In this document: in pieces, positions 1 to 9,492 of the stretch | Position numbering within the stretch: position 1 is the stretch's first letter | Layout: each line of letters begins with the position of its first letter | DNA from: a candidate division Zixibacteria bacterium CG_4_9_14_3_um_filter_46_8 | GTDB taxonomy: Bacteria > Zixibacteria > MSB-5A5 > UM-FILTER-46-8 | Assembly (NCBI GenBank): GCA_002791595.1 | Contig: PFXJ01000102.1 | Coordinates: 8,896-72,895, forward strand | Length of the DNA: 64,000 nucleotides | Direction of reading: 5' to 3' | Translations under genes and position numbers: made by a program | Notes under the pieces: model-generated | Database searches by the model: none | The model's input: the letters and a program-made list of their open reading frames with translations, nothing else | Told to the model about the DNA's origin: nothing

Positions 1-5
1 ACGCA

Positions 6-230
6 GTGCAAAAAGAAACGCGGCACCGGGAGGATATCCGGGCGCTGGCCAAGCTTTATGATGGTATAAAGGAAGAGCAATTGGCTTACATATTTGAGCA
101 TATGGAGGATTCGCTTATTGTTTTGATACTTCCAGAAATGAAAGCTCGAAATGCATCCAAAGCACTTGAACTTGTCAAACCTGAACGCGCCGCAGTAATC
201 AGCAAAATGATATTGGAGAAGAAGCCTTGA
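6..230 (+). CDS. C-terminal fragment of an MgtE_N-like flagellar-locus protein (YlxF/MotE-like), truncated by the window edge
   Basis: ORF runs to the window start; helical repeat-like sequence (ILPEMKARNASKALELVKPERAAVI); position directly upstream of fliK as ylxF is in Firmicute fla operons. Confidence 0.3.
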   Translation: MQKETRHREDIRALAKLYDGIKEEQLAYIFEHMEDSLIVLILPEMKARNASKALELVKPERAAVISKMILEKKP

Positions 231-2134
231 TTTCGAGGGAAATTAACATATCCCATAGCAACGAATCATTTGGAGTTCGCGCAACCAGGGGGGTTAAAGA
301 GAAGGGAGTCGGCAAAGATATTCTCTCGTTGACCCAATCATCAGGGTTTTATTATGTCTTAAACAATGCCATACGCCCTGCAGGTCAAATCCCTTATACC
401 AATAGTGTGCCATTCAAAATGCTTCCCTTATCAGGAAATCAGAAGCTTTCGCGCCTCTTATTCAAGTCCTCAGAGATTTCACGGATAATTCATAATGGTG
501 TATCTGATCAAAAATTCTTAACTCCGGCGATTGTTAGTGGGAAATTAAATCTTCTTACCGCCAGGTACCTGACAGAAAAGGATTCTAATGATAAAATGGC
601 CATGCCTCTGGGAAGCGCCCAAAAGGATTCTGCGATTGCAGAGAAAAATAGAATCCGTAATAACAGCCGTGCATTCGTAGAGGAGCGCCCGATTAAAGCT
701 GTCCTTCGAAAGATTCCGGATTCCAATCAATCCGTGGAAATACCCCGGCATAAGACACTTTCAAATGACAGCATATCGCTTAAGGGAAGCGCAAGTCAGA
801 AGGAACCGCTTGCTACTAAAGATACGCCGGCTCAGCATTCCGATATATACGGCAAATATCTGGCGCAAAAAGCACTTTCAAATGACAGCATATCGTCTAA
901 GGGAAGCCCAAGTCAGAAGGAACCGCTTCCTGTTAAGGATATGCCGGCTCAACATTTCAGGATATCCGGCAAGTATTCGGCTCAAAATCCATTCTCGGCC
1001 GAATCGACAAGCCTTATTGGCAAACATTCCGTTGAACATTCTGCCCAGATTGCAACTAATTCTTCCTTCACCAGATTGGCAATCAAAAATACTGAGGCGC
1101 CGAGACCAGCATTAGTCACGATTCCGTCCCAGGCAGATTGGACTCGATATGCTGTTTTTGAAAAGCATCAAATCCTAAAGGAAAAGGGATTGGGCATTCG
1201 AAATTTTAATGAGCACATCGCAATAAAACTTTCAGATGATGAAAATATGCTTCCTTCAAAACGCGTCCAGAATACATCCCGATTCAAGTCCCCCGATGAC
1301 CGGATTATCTCGGAAATCAATGCCAGGAAGCACGCTTCTGATGATTCGAACGTAACGAAGGTTTCGGATTCGAAAAGGACTCAAATTCAGGCGTCTCAAT
1401 TAACTCATCTATTGAAAGATCATCATAGCGCTAAGGGATTGCGTCCTAATTCAGAAACATGGGCATTAGTCTCAACTGAATCAGTTACCGTGCAGAAGAG
1501 GGAACGTGTTGGTGATAATTTGCAAAATAACGAAGCCTCGGCGCCAAGAGCAACGGATGTCAAATATAGCGGCGGCAAAGATACAACCACAGCCAAGAGT
1601 GAAAGTCAATTGATTTCCGCCAATCCGGTGGAATTGAAATTGGCAAAGGCGAAAGGAGGCTTGATCAGAATAATACCGACAGAAGTATCTCGAGCTATCA
1701 TCGATATCGCCAATGCCAACCAGACCTTCGCCGGCAAGGTTTTCAACATCAAATTGCACCCGCCGGAATTGGGATTTATAAATCTCAAATTAACTGAAAT
1801 TAATAATGCGATCAATGTCAAGATGACGGTGGAATCAGAAGCGGTGTTGAAAACCATCCAGGATAATAGTGAGGAAATCAAAAACATCCTTCTGGCATCC
1901 GGCATCAACATGGATCGATTGGACATAAGGCTTGATGATAAGCTTAGCGATAGTGAATATCGTAAATTCAAAGACCAGGAAAATAGTTTGGATTCCGGAT
2001 ACAGCCATCGCGGTTCTGACAAATCCAATCGCCACCAACCCGAAAGCAATCTGAAATCTGTTTCGATGGCGCTTGATTCTAAACCCGGCGGCAATTATTT
2101 CGTTTCCGGATATGGAATTAATTGGCTCGCGTAA
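227..2134 (+). CDS. fliK: Flagellar hook-length control protein FliK
   Basis: C-terminal Flg_hook domain (KVFNIKLHPPELGFINLKLTEINNAINVKMTVESEAVLKTIQDN...LDIRL); Ser/Gln/Pro-rich low-complexity N-region with an internal tandem repeat; position before flgD. Confidence 0.8.
   Translation: MISREINISHSNESFGVRATRGVKEKGVGKDILSLTQSSGFYYVLNNAIRPAGQIPYTNSVPFKMLPLSGNQKLSRLLFKSSEISRIIHNGVSDQKFLTPAIVSGKLNLLTARYLTEKDSNDKMAMPLGSAQKDSAIAEKNRIRNNSRAFVEERPIKAVLRKIPDSNQSVEIPRHKTLSNDSISLKGSASQKEPLATKDTPAQHSDIYGKYLAQKALSNDSISSKGSPSQKEPLPVKDMPAQHFRISGKYSAQNPFSAESTSLIGKHSVEHSAQIATNSSFTRLAIKNTEAPRPALVTIPSQADWTRYAVFEKHQILKEKGLGIRNFNEHIAIKLSDDENMLPSKRVQNTSRFKSPDDRIISEINARKHASDDSNVTKVSDSKRTQIQASQLTHLLKDHHSAKGLRPNSETWALVSTESVTVQKRERVGDNLQNNEASAPRATDVKYSGGKDTTTAKSESQLISANPVELKLAKAKGGLIRIIPTEVSRAIIDIANANQTFAGKVFNIKLHPPELGFINLKLTEINNAINVKMTVESEAVLKTIQDNSEEIKNILLASGINMDRLDIRLDDKLSDSEYRKFKDQENSLDSGYSHRGSDKSNRHQPESNLKSVSMALDSKPGGNYFVSGYGINWLA
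766..999 (+). repeat. Tandem duplication (2 x ~117 bp, ~85% identical) inside fliK, in frame (39-aa unit HKTLSNDSISLKGSASQKEPLATKDTPAQHSDIYGKYLAQKA...)
   Basis: Direct repeat visible in nucleotide and protein sequence (cactttcaaatgacagcatatcg... appears twice). Confidence 0.8.
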
Positions 2135-2144
2135 GGAGGCTTAA

Positions 2145-2849
2145 ATGTCCCAAATTAACAACATAAATCCAACATACGGCAGTTCTCCCGACCAGGCAAC
2201 TCCCAGAGGTCTGCCTACCGATTTCTTTTCGACTAATGCCGTTCTGGGCAAAGATGATTTCCTGCAGCTTCTGGTAACTCAATTGCGGCATCAGAATCCA
2301 TTCGAACCGATGGAAGATAAGGAGTTTATTGCGCAACTGGCGCAGTTTTCATCACTGGAACAGCTTCAGAATCTAAACAGCAATGTGATGGCGAATTCCG
2401 ATCTTGATTACCTGTTAAGTCAAACCATCTCCAATTCCATGGCCACCCAATTAATAGGCAAGGAAATCGTGGCTTCCGGGAATTCGCTGGAGCTGGCCAA
2501 CCAGAATAACCCACGGATCAGTTATCGATTGATTGACGATGCCTCGAAGGTCACTATAAAGATTTTCGATTCGGATGGGAACTTAGTGAGGACATTGGAG
2601 CAGACTGACAAAAGTTCCGGCATCAATCATCTGAATTGGGATGGGAAAAATGATTCTGGCTCGCAGGTCCCAAGCGGCGATTACACCTTCTCCGTTTCCG
2701 CCGAGAATTCCGCAGGGGAGGCTGTCACGGCAACGGCATTGAGAACCGGTTATGTTGACGGTGTTACATATAGCAATGGCATCGCCTATCTCATGATCAA
2801 TGGCGAGAAAATCCCACTCGGCGACATAATCGAAGTAAGTGGGGGTTAA
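2145..2849 (+). CDS. flgD: Flagellar hook assembly/capping protein FlgD
   Basis: Canonical N-terminal FlgD motif DDFLQLLVTQLRHQNPFEPMEDKEFIAQLAQFSSLEQLQNL; RBS aaggagg upstream; followed by flgE. Confidence 0.9.
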   Translation: MSQINNINPTYGSSPDQATPRGLPTDFFSTNAVLGKDDFLQLLVTQLRHQNPFEPMEDKEFIAQLAQFSSLEQLQNLNSNVMANSDLDYLLSQTISNSMATQLIGKEIVASGNSLELANQNNPRISYRLIDDASKVTIKIFDSDGNLVRTLEQTDKSSGINHLNWDGKNDSGSQVPSGDYTFSVSAENSAGEAVTATALRTGYVDGVTYSNGIAYLMINGEKIPLGDIIEVSGG

Positions 2850-3237
2850 AGAAATGGAGGTAAAAAACTCAACTGACAGATTGGCTGTTGTTGTTCCCCA
2901 GCATCCCAATAAAGTTGATAATCGTATTAAAGCTTCAGAAGGGGATTTCAAAGATAAATTGCATGAAGCGCTGACTCGTTGCGAACCCTTGAAATTTTCA
3001 GGACATGCAATTGACAGATTGTATCAACGTGGGATTTCATTGACGCAGACGCAGCTGGAAAGACTGCATAATGCAGTCGACAGCGCTAATTCAAAGGGTT
3101 CACGCGATTCGCTGGTATTATTGAACGATATGGCGTTTGTAGTTTCGGTGAAAAATAGAACTGTGGTAACAGCCCTGCAAACGGCTGCGGCCAGTGAATC
3201 GGTCTTTACAAACATTGACAGTACTGTAATTGCCTGA
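2839..3237 (+). CDS. Conserved flagellar operon protein of the kind found between flgD and flgE (TIGR02530-like), function unknown
   Basis: Position between flgD and flgE; size ~130 aa; start overlaps the flgD end; motif LKFSGHAIDRLYQRGI. Confidence 0.4.
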   Translation: MGVKEMEVKNSTDRLAVVVPQHPNKVDNRIKASEGDFKDKLHEALTRCEPLKFSGHAIDRLYQRGISLTQTQLERLHNAVDSANSKGSRDSLVLLNDMAFVVSVKNRTVVTALQTAAASESVFTNIDSTVIA

Positions 3238-3293
3238 GGGCTGGACCTCTTTGAGGAGGCCCCTGGTTAACCACCAAGAGGAGAAATTAAATT

Positions 3294-5555
3294 ATGATGG
3301 CATCACTATTTTCCGGAATTACCGGCCTGAAAAATCACCAAGTCGAGATGGATGTTGTCGGTGATAATATAGCGAATATTAATACCATCGGATATAAGTT
3401 GGGAAGAGTAACATTTCAGGAGGCATTGGTACAGACCCTGCGGGGTGCAGGACGACCATCCTCTACTTCCGGAGGGACCAACCCGCTCCAACTGGGTCTG
3501 GGAATGTCATTGGCAACAATCGACAACCAGTTTCAGCAGGGCGGGTTGGAATCCACCGGACTGGTAACCGATTTAGCTTTACAGGGCTCCGGCTTCTTTA
3601 TCGTTTCTGATGGCGACGCCAGCTATTATTCCCGTGCAGGAGCATTTGGCTTTGATGCCGATGCCAATATGATCCAGGTCTCCACAGGTTATATTCTGCA
3701 AGGGAAAATGGCTGATTCAAGTGGTTCCATTGGCGCTTCATCGCCGATAGGCAATCTCTCTATTCCTTTCGGGCAGCAGGACCCTGCCCGAGTAACTGAG
3801 AGCATCAATCTGGCAAATAACCTTGATTCAAACGCAACTGATTCCGATGCTACTCTGGTTTCAGCAGGGGATACCAATATCACGAGTGTCAGCGGAATTG
3901 CCACGAATGGGGTCGGCGGAACTCACAATATTAGTATCACCGGTGACAATGCGACTTATTCGATCAGATCGGGCATCCATGCCAATCAGCTTACAGATGC
4001 AGGCCAGCCAACTTGCACCATCAATTCCGGAGCCGGAGGATTTGCTCAGGGTGATGGAACCTATTACTACTATGTTACTGCTATCAATGATTTGGGCGAA
4101 ACCTTAGGCACCGAATCGGTGGCTGTAGCTATCGACGCGTCAGTTGATGAATCAGTTGATGTCACATGGGCGAATGTCACCGGCGCAACTGGTTATAAGA
4201 TCTATCGCACCGAAACGCCCGGCGATTATTCCGGCAGCACGGATGGTTATATAGGTGAGGTGACCGCACCAATATTAACCTTCAATGATACCGGGCTTGA
4301 TGCTTCCGGAGACATTCCATCATCAAACACAACGGAGATTCTTTTCGGGAGCGAAAGATTGGGAACAGAGCTCGGCGTTACCAGCGTTGCCGGATTCCGT
4401 TTAAGAGTCGACGGAGGTAACTGGATCTCGTTTTCAGAATTGACGGTCGATAGTACTGTCAACGATCTTATAAATGCGATCAACAGCAAGGCCAGCGGTG
4501 TCACAGCTGATATTGTGGATGGCCAAGTTCAGCTGCAACGCAGTTATGCCGGCGCGGGATCTACATATAGCATTGAGGTGGAAGATTCGGGAGTCGGCGA
4601 TGTGGCGCTTCAGGTTTTTGGATCTTCTGATTTTACTGTGAATAATGGGACCGCTTCGACATTGCAAGCTTTTGATACTTTCACGCCAACGGGCCAAACT
4701 GCGCTTGATCCGGTGGTTTTAACCCTGACAACTGATGAAAATTCGGGCATTGTTACCGGTATTTCTGATATTGGCGATGGTGGTGTGAACGTTGTTACCG
4801 GGGCCGGTGGGTTGGCAGCCGGAGATTTGGTCATTGGGACCGATGATACCCAGCATGCCGCCTCAATCACAACCTTTGATTCATTGGGAGCAACTCATAT
4901 AATCACGATGAATTTCACCAAGTCTATAGATGAGAATACCTGGTACTGGGAAGCCACGCTTGGGGGTAATGAGATTATCAGCAGTGGAAATACGGGCCAG
5001 GTTGTTTTTAATAATGATGGTTCATTGGGATCATTCACCTATGATGGAGGCGCGCAGAGCCTTACATTTAATCCAAACAATGGAGCCACTGTAGTGGATA
5101 TATCTTTCAATGTCGGGACAGCCAATTCTTATGATGGCTTGACCGGATTTGCGTCGGATTCGACCGCAGCCGCCATCAGTCAGGATGGATATACATCAGG
5201 CATACTGAATGATATCTCCATCGATAATAAGGGTGTCATCACCGGCATATTTAGCAATGGCGTATCGCGCTCACTCGCTCAGATTTACGTGGCTGATTTC
5301 AACAATCCAATGGGTTTGTTGAAAGTAGGAAATACCCTCTACATAGAGTCCGCCAATTCAGGGCTGCCCCTTGTTGGCGTTGCCGGCGAAGCCATCTCGG
5401 GAAGCATAACATCTGGCGCATTGGAGATGGCGAATGTGGACTTGGCCAAGGAGTTCACCACCATGATTATCGCCCAGCGCGGTTTCCAGGCTAATGCCAG
5501 AACCATTACGACGGCAGACCAAATGCTCGCTGAACTTGTGTCGCTAAAACGTTAA
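3294..5555 (+). CDS. flgE: Flagellar hook protein FlgE (unusually long, 753 aa, with a large central insertion)
   Basis: N-terminus MMASLFSGITGLKNHQVEMDVVGDNIANINTIGYK and C-terminus TMIIAQRGFQANARTITTADQMLAELVSLKR are canonical rod/hook family termini; RBS gaggag. Confidence 0.95.
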   Translation: MMASLFSGITGLKNHQVEMDVVGDNIANINTIGYKLGRVTFQEALVQTLRGAGRPSSTSGGTNPLQLGLGMSLATIDNQFQQGGLESTGLVTDLALQGSGFFIVSDGDASYYSRAGAFGFDADANMIQVSTGYILQGKMADSSGSIGASSPIGNLSIPFGQQDPARVTESINLANNLDSNATDSDATLVSAGDTNITSVSGIATNGVGGTHNISITGDNATYSIRSGIHANQLTDAGQPTCTINSGAGGFAQGDGTYYYYVTAINDLGETLGTESVAVAIDASVDESVDVTWANVTGATGYKIYRTETPGDYSGSTDGYIGEVTAPILTFNDTGLDASGDIPSSNTTEILFGSERLGTELGVTSVAGFRLRVDGGNWISFSELTVDSTVNDLINAINSKASGVTADIVDGQVQLQRSYAGAGSTYSIEVEDSGVGDVALQVFGSSDFTVNNGTASTLQAFDTFTPTGQTALDPVVLTLTTDENSGIVTGISDIGDGGVNVVTGAGGLAAGDLVIGTDDTQHAASITTFDSLGATHIITMNFTKSIDENTWYWEATLGGNEIISSGNTGQVVFNNDGSLGSFTYDGGAQSLTFNPNNGATVVDISFNVGTANSYDGLTGFASDSTAAAISQDGYTSGILNDISIDNKGVITGIFSNGVSRSLAQIYVADFNNPMGLLKVGNTLYIESANSGLPLVGVAGEAISGSITSGALEMANVDLAKEFTTMIIAQRGFQANARTITTADQMLAELVSLKR

Positions 5556-5577
5556 TCGGTCTAATGAGATGAGATAA

Positions 5578-5844
5578 ATGATTAAAGTAACGCGGATAAA
5601 TGGCGGTTCTTTCGTAATAAATTCAGACCTAATTGAATTCATCGAGGAAAAACCCGAGACTTTGATTTGCCTGACTACCGGCAAGAAAATAATGGTGCGT
5701 GAGACCATCAATGAAGTAGTCGAGAGGATCGCCGATTTCCGTGGCATCACAAATGGAAAGGGCCTCGCCTTTCAAAAGAAGGGGATGGAAAAGTCCACCA
5801 GGGCTGACATCAGCCCGGGAAACGACGATCAAATGTATGATTAG
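5578..5844 (+). CDS. flbD: Flagellar protein FlbD
   Basis: MIKVTRINGGSFVINSDLIEFIEEKPETLICLTTGKKIMVRETINEVVERI matches the small FlbD family; located after flgE as in spirochete/Firmicute operons. Confidence 0.8.
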   Translation: MIKVTRINGGSFVINSDLIEFIEEKPETLICLTTGKKIMVRETINEVVERIADFRGITNGKGLAFQKKGMEKSTRADISPGNDDQMYD

Positions 5845-5857
5845 ATTGGGTTAAACT

Positions 5858-6376
5858 ATGCCTGAAGTTAAGGAAAAGGAAAGCGCTCAAACTCCGGAAG
5901 TTGCTCCAGCGACTGAGGTCAAATCCGGGAAGAAGTCCAAATTGACCGCAATCATTTTGATTCTGGAATTAATTTCTATTGCGGCCGCATATTTTGTTGT
6001 CAATGATGTCCTTAAGCCAAGAATTCCCGAATGGTATCATCCAGAAGAAGTAGCGCCTAAGGAAGTTCAAATGCCGGGCGTTATTTTGACTATTGAAGAT
6101 TTGGTAGTGAATCCGGCAAATTCCGGGGGGACTCGCTATCTATCGACCTCTCTGGGCGTTGAAGTGCGCGATGAGGAAGCAAATCGTCAGCTGGAACTAA
6201 GGAAACCGGCGATTCGGGATGCATTGATAAGGATATTATCAGCCGAAACAGTGGATCAATTATCTTCGCCGGATGAAAAAGCTATTCTCAGGAATAAAAT
6301 AATTGAAGAGCTTGGGCAATTATTTAGCCCAGTAGAAATACGAAATGTCTATTTTATCGATTATGTTCTTCAATGA
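5858..6376 (+). CDS. fliL: Flagellar basal body-associated protein FliL
   Basis: Single N-terminal TM helix followed by the FliL domain (LTIEDLVVNPANSGGTRYLSTSLGVEV...RNKIIEELGQLFSPVEIRNVYFIDYVLQ). Confidence 0.85.
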   Translation: MPEVKEKESAQTPEVAPATEVKSGKKSKLTAIILILELISIAAAYFVVNDVLKPRIPEWYHPEEVAPKEVQMPGVILTIEDLVVNPANSGGTRYLSTSLGVEVRDEEANRQLELRKPAIRDALIRILSAETVDQLSSPDEKAILRNKIIEELGQLFSPVEIRNVYFIDYVLQ

Positions 6377-6391
6377 TTCTATAGGTAACCG

Positions 6392-7402
6392 ATGGTAAAG
6401 ATACTCTCACAGGATGAAATTGATTCCCTCATAAATTCGGTTGCAGGCGAGGATCTGTCAGGGGGCACATTCGACGAAAAGCCTAAGCCGCATGATCGGC
6501 ATGTGCGTTCCTATGACTTCAAGCACCCCTGCCGTGTAAATAAGGACCAGATTAGAGCAATTGAAAGTCTGCATGGAGGCTTTGCCAGTCAGCTTGGGTC
6601 CTCTTATTCTGCATACACCCGCTCCGTAGTCGATGTGGATTTGATCGCGGTGGACCAGATAACTTATTCTGAATATATAATGTCGCTGTCTTCACCGAGC
6701 TGTTCCTATATTTATCAGATGGATCCTCTGGCGGGCGCCGGCATAATGAATATTAGTACCTCTGTAGTATTCCTGATAGTTGATAAAATCTTCGGCGGCC
6801 GGGGCAAGCCGATAGAGACCGAGAGGGAATTGACAGGCATTGAAAAATCTATTATGAATAAAGTCCTCGATAAGACTATGGTTGCTCTGGAAAAAGCTTG
6901 GGAGCATATATGTGCTATCAAATTCCGTATCAGCGCTTATGAGACGAATCCCCAATTCCTTCAGATTGTAGCCCCTGGAGAAACCGTGGTCACGGTCACT
7001 CTTCAGATTAAATTAGCGGGTTCATATGGAGTTATGACTATTTGTTATCCATATCTATCATTGGAAGAAATTATTAGCCGCCTTTCAATACAGCATTGGG
7101 CAGATTCTTCTAAAAAGAAAAAAGCTGGAACTGATTTCGAGCAGAACATAAGGCGAATTAATCCGATTAATTCGGATTTATCCGTGCAAATGATAGGCAC
7201 CTCAATTACTATGCGCGAAATGCTGAATGTCAGAGTTGGGGATGTGATCTGCTTGGAAAATAGTGTGAAGGATGAATTCACTGTCTTAATTCAGCAAAAA
7301 CCAAAGTTCCTTGGTAGAGTTGGCTATGTCGGCGGCAAGAAGGCGGTGAATCTGACCAGAGTTATAGAGCCAGTTTTGATGGGCGAAGGAGGACCGAAGT
7401 AA
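6392..7402 (+). CDS. fliM: Flagellar motor switch protein FliM
   Basis: N-terminal CheY-P binding motif LSQDEIDSLIN; FliM middle domain; C-terminal SpoA-like region. Confidence 0.9.
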   Translation: MVKILSQDEIDSLINSVAGEDLSGGTFDEKPKPHDRHVRSYDFKHPCRVNKDQIRAIESLHGGFASQLGSSYSAYTRSVVDVDLIAVDQITYSEYIMSLSSPSCSYIYQMDPLAGAGIMNISTSVVFLIVDKIFGGRGKPIETERELTGIEKSIMNKVLDKTMVALEKAWEHICAIKFRISAYETNPQFLQIVAPGETVVTVTLQIKLAGSYGVMTICYPYLSLEEIISRLSIQHWADSSKKKKAGTDFEQNIRRINPINSDLSVQMIGTSITMREMLNVRVGDVICLENSVKDEFTVLIQQKPKFLGRVGYVGGKKAVNLTRVIEPVLMGEGGPK

Positions 7403-7452
7403 TATGATGAATAAATTCCCCAACATTCAAGACCACGGAAAACGGAGTAATT

Positions 7453-7923
7453 ATGTCGATTGACCCCGGAAATGACCAGAATAATCAGTTATCTCGGGAA
7501 GAGATGGATAAGCTCATCGAAAAACAGATGCAAGAATCTCTGGATGCCGATGATTCCGCGGGTGCCGTGAAAGCTGATTCAATCGGTCCTAACCAACCCT
7601 CAATTGAAATGCCCAAAGTAATTCAGAAGGCGGAGTTCCCGCAATTTGGGGCAGGCACCAATGAAGCCTCTAATCAGAATATAGGTCTGCTCATGGATGT
7701 GCCGCTCCCGGTATCGATTGAATTGGGTCGGACTACTATGACGATTGAAGATATCCTTAATCTGGGTCCCGGCTCGATAGTCGAGCTTGACAAATTGGCC
7801 GGCGAACCAGTTGATCTGCTGGTCAACTACAGAATGATAGCGAAGGGGGAGGTGGTAGTGGTTGACGAGAATTTTGGCATTCGAATCACTGATTTGATTT
7901 CAAAACAAAACCACTCGGGATAA
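7453..7923 (+). CDS. fliN: Flagellar motor switch protein FliN
   Basis: C-terminal SpoA/FliN domain VPLPVSIELGRTTMTIEDILNLGPGSIVELDKLAGEPVDLLVNYRMIAKGEVVVVDENFGIRITDLI. Confidence 0.9.
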   Translation: MSIDPGNDQNNQLSREEMDKLIEKQMQESLDADDSAGAVKADSIGPNQPSIEMPKVIQKAEFPQFGAGTNEASNQNIGLLMDVPLPVSIELGRTTMTIEDILNLGPGSIVELDKLAGEPVDLLVNYRMIAKGEVVVVDENFGIRITDLISKQNHSG

Positions 7924-7931
7924 ATTGAGCG

Positions 7932-8471
7932 ATGATGTTGAATAAGAAGCGGTTTGCTGTATCATTGTGCCTGCTGGTTCTCTTCCTTTCGGCTTTTTCC
8001 ACAGTGGTGATTGGCGGAGGCCAGGTGAATTCAGGCTCCGGTAGCCAAGCCTATGATAGCGTTCCTCGAATTGAAACATCATCTACAGAGATAGGGCTAC
8101 GGCTATTGGCCTCAATTGCACTGGTCATTGGACTAATATATATATCAATTTGGGGGCTCAAGAAACTGGCCACCCATAAGGCCGGTGGTCATTCTTCGGC
8201 CACAAATATTACCGTTATTGACAATTCCTATCTGGGCCCCAAGAAGGGGTTGCATATCGTCAAGGCTGGGCGGAAATACATTCTGGTGGCGTCATCAGAA
8301 AACGCAATATTCTTTCTATGTGAATTGGACCACGAGGATTTTAAGAATTTTGACGGCGCGGTAGTTCCCCAAAATACCTCGGGCAGATTCAAGGGGATGC
8401 TGGAGAAACTCAAATTACCATCTGAAAGACCATTCCTGGGAAAGGCGAGGAATGTCGAGACCGCATTATAA
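7932..8471 (+). CDS. fliO: Flagellar biosynthesis protein FliO/FliZ
   Basis: Small bitopic membrane protein between fliN and fliP; TM segment IALVIGLIYISIWGL then a cytoplasmic domain; overlaps the fliP start. Confidence 0.6.
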   Translation: MMLNKKRFAVSLCLLVLFLSAFSTVVIGGGQVNSGSGSQAYDSVPRIETSSTEIGLRLLASIALVIGLIYISIWGLKKLATHKAGGHSSATNITVIDNSYLGPKKGLHIVKAGRKYILVASSENAIFFLCELDHEDFKNFDGAVVPQNTSGRFKGMLEKLKLPSERPFLGKARNVETAL

Positions 8472-9219
8472 AATCCTCATTTTCCAATCAGCCTTGATCA
8501 TAATTCTGCTGATAGGGATCAGCTCTTCCTCCGTTTTCGGCCAGACCTTGCCCAAAATATCTATTCAAGTTGGGCAGTCCGATTCGCCTTCGGACCTTTC
8601 AACGACGATGCAGATCTTATTAGTACTGACGGTGCTGGCCCTGGCACCGTCAATCGTAATAATGGTAACATCGTTCATCAGGATTGTAGTGGTTTTTTCA
8701 TTTCTGCGTCACGCTCTTGGCACTCCCCAAATGCCTCCGAACCAATTAGTCGTAGGTCTGGCGCTGATATTAACTTATTTCTTGATGGCGCCCATTTTCG
8801 GGGAGATCAATAATACAGCCTTGAAACCATACTTCGATGGCAAAATCAATCAGCAGGAAGCCTATGACATCGGTATCAAGCCGCTCCGCAATTTCATGTT
8901 GCACCAAGTGAGGGAGAAGGACTTGGAACTTTTCGTGGAGCTCGCCCACCTCGAAGAACCGCAATCTAATGATGACATTCCGACATATGTACTAATTCCG
9001 GGGTTCGTTACCAGTGAGCTTCGAATAGCATTTCAGATCGGGTTTACATTATTTGTCCCATTCCTGATTATTGATATGGTCGTGGCGTCCGTTTTGATGT
9101 CAATGGGGATGCTTATGCTCCCTCCGATAATGGTCTCATTACCGTTCAAGATATTGCTGTTCGTCTTGGTCGATGGCTGGTATTTGATCATAAAATCTTT
9201 GATATTATCATTCGGTTAG
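8452..9219 (+). CDS. fliP: Flagellar type III export apparatus protein FliP
   Basis: Signal peptide plus conserved FliP core (LLVLTVLALAPSIVIMVTSFIRIVVVFSFLRHALGTPQMPPNQ...). Confidence 0.95.
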   Translation: MSRPHYKILIFQSALIIILLIGISSSSVFGQTLPKISIQVGQSDSPSDLSTTMQILLVLTVLALAPSIVIMVTSFIRIVVVFSFLRHALGTPQMPPNQLVVGLALILTYFLMAPIFGEINNTALKPYFDGKINQQEAYDIGIKPLRNFMLHQVREKDLELFVELAHLEEPQSNDDIPTYVLIPGFVTSELRIAFQIGFTLFVPFLIIDMVVASVLMSMGMLMLPPIMVSLPFKILLFVLVDGWYLIIKSLILSFG

Positions 9220-9222
9220 AAA

Positions 9223-9492
9223 ATGGATATGAATTATGTCCTGACCTTGGGACGAGAAGCCATAACCCTCACGCTACTGGTATCGGCGCCGATGCTTATT
9301 TCCGGCCTTGTGGTAGGGCTGATAGTCAGTATCTTTCAAGCAGTTACACAAATCAATGAGATGACCTTGACATTTATTCCCAAAATAGTAGCCGTAGCAA
9401 TCGCTCTGCTGCTGTTCTTGCCGTGGATGATCAATATGATTTTGGATTTTATGACCAGGATGTTCGGTAGCATATCCACTTTGGCACATTAG
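9223..9492 (+). CDS. fliQ: Flagellar export apparatus protein FliQ
   Basis: 89-aa two-TM protein with FliQ signature (GREAITLTLLVSAPMLISGLVVGLIVSIFQAVTQINEMTLTFIPKIVAV). Confidence 0.95.
   Translation: MDMNYVLTLGREAITLTLLVSAPMLISGLVVGLIVSIFQAVTQINEMTLTFIPKIVAVAIALLLFLPWMINMILDFMTRMFGSISTLAH

Noticed and set aside
765-1115. 116-aa ORF in an alternative frame inside fliK with its own internal repeat (MTAYRLREAQVRRNR appears twice)
   Set aside because: It is the shadow of the 117-bp tandem nucleotide repeat in fliK read in another frame. The fliK frame is continuous and ends with a conserved Flg_hook domain.
1606-2094. 162-aa minus-strand ORF
   Set aside because: It lies entirely antisense within the conserved FliK C-terminal domain, has a low-complexity Ser/Leu-rich translation, and shows no RBS or domain.
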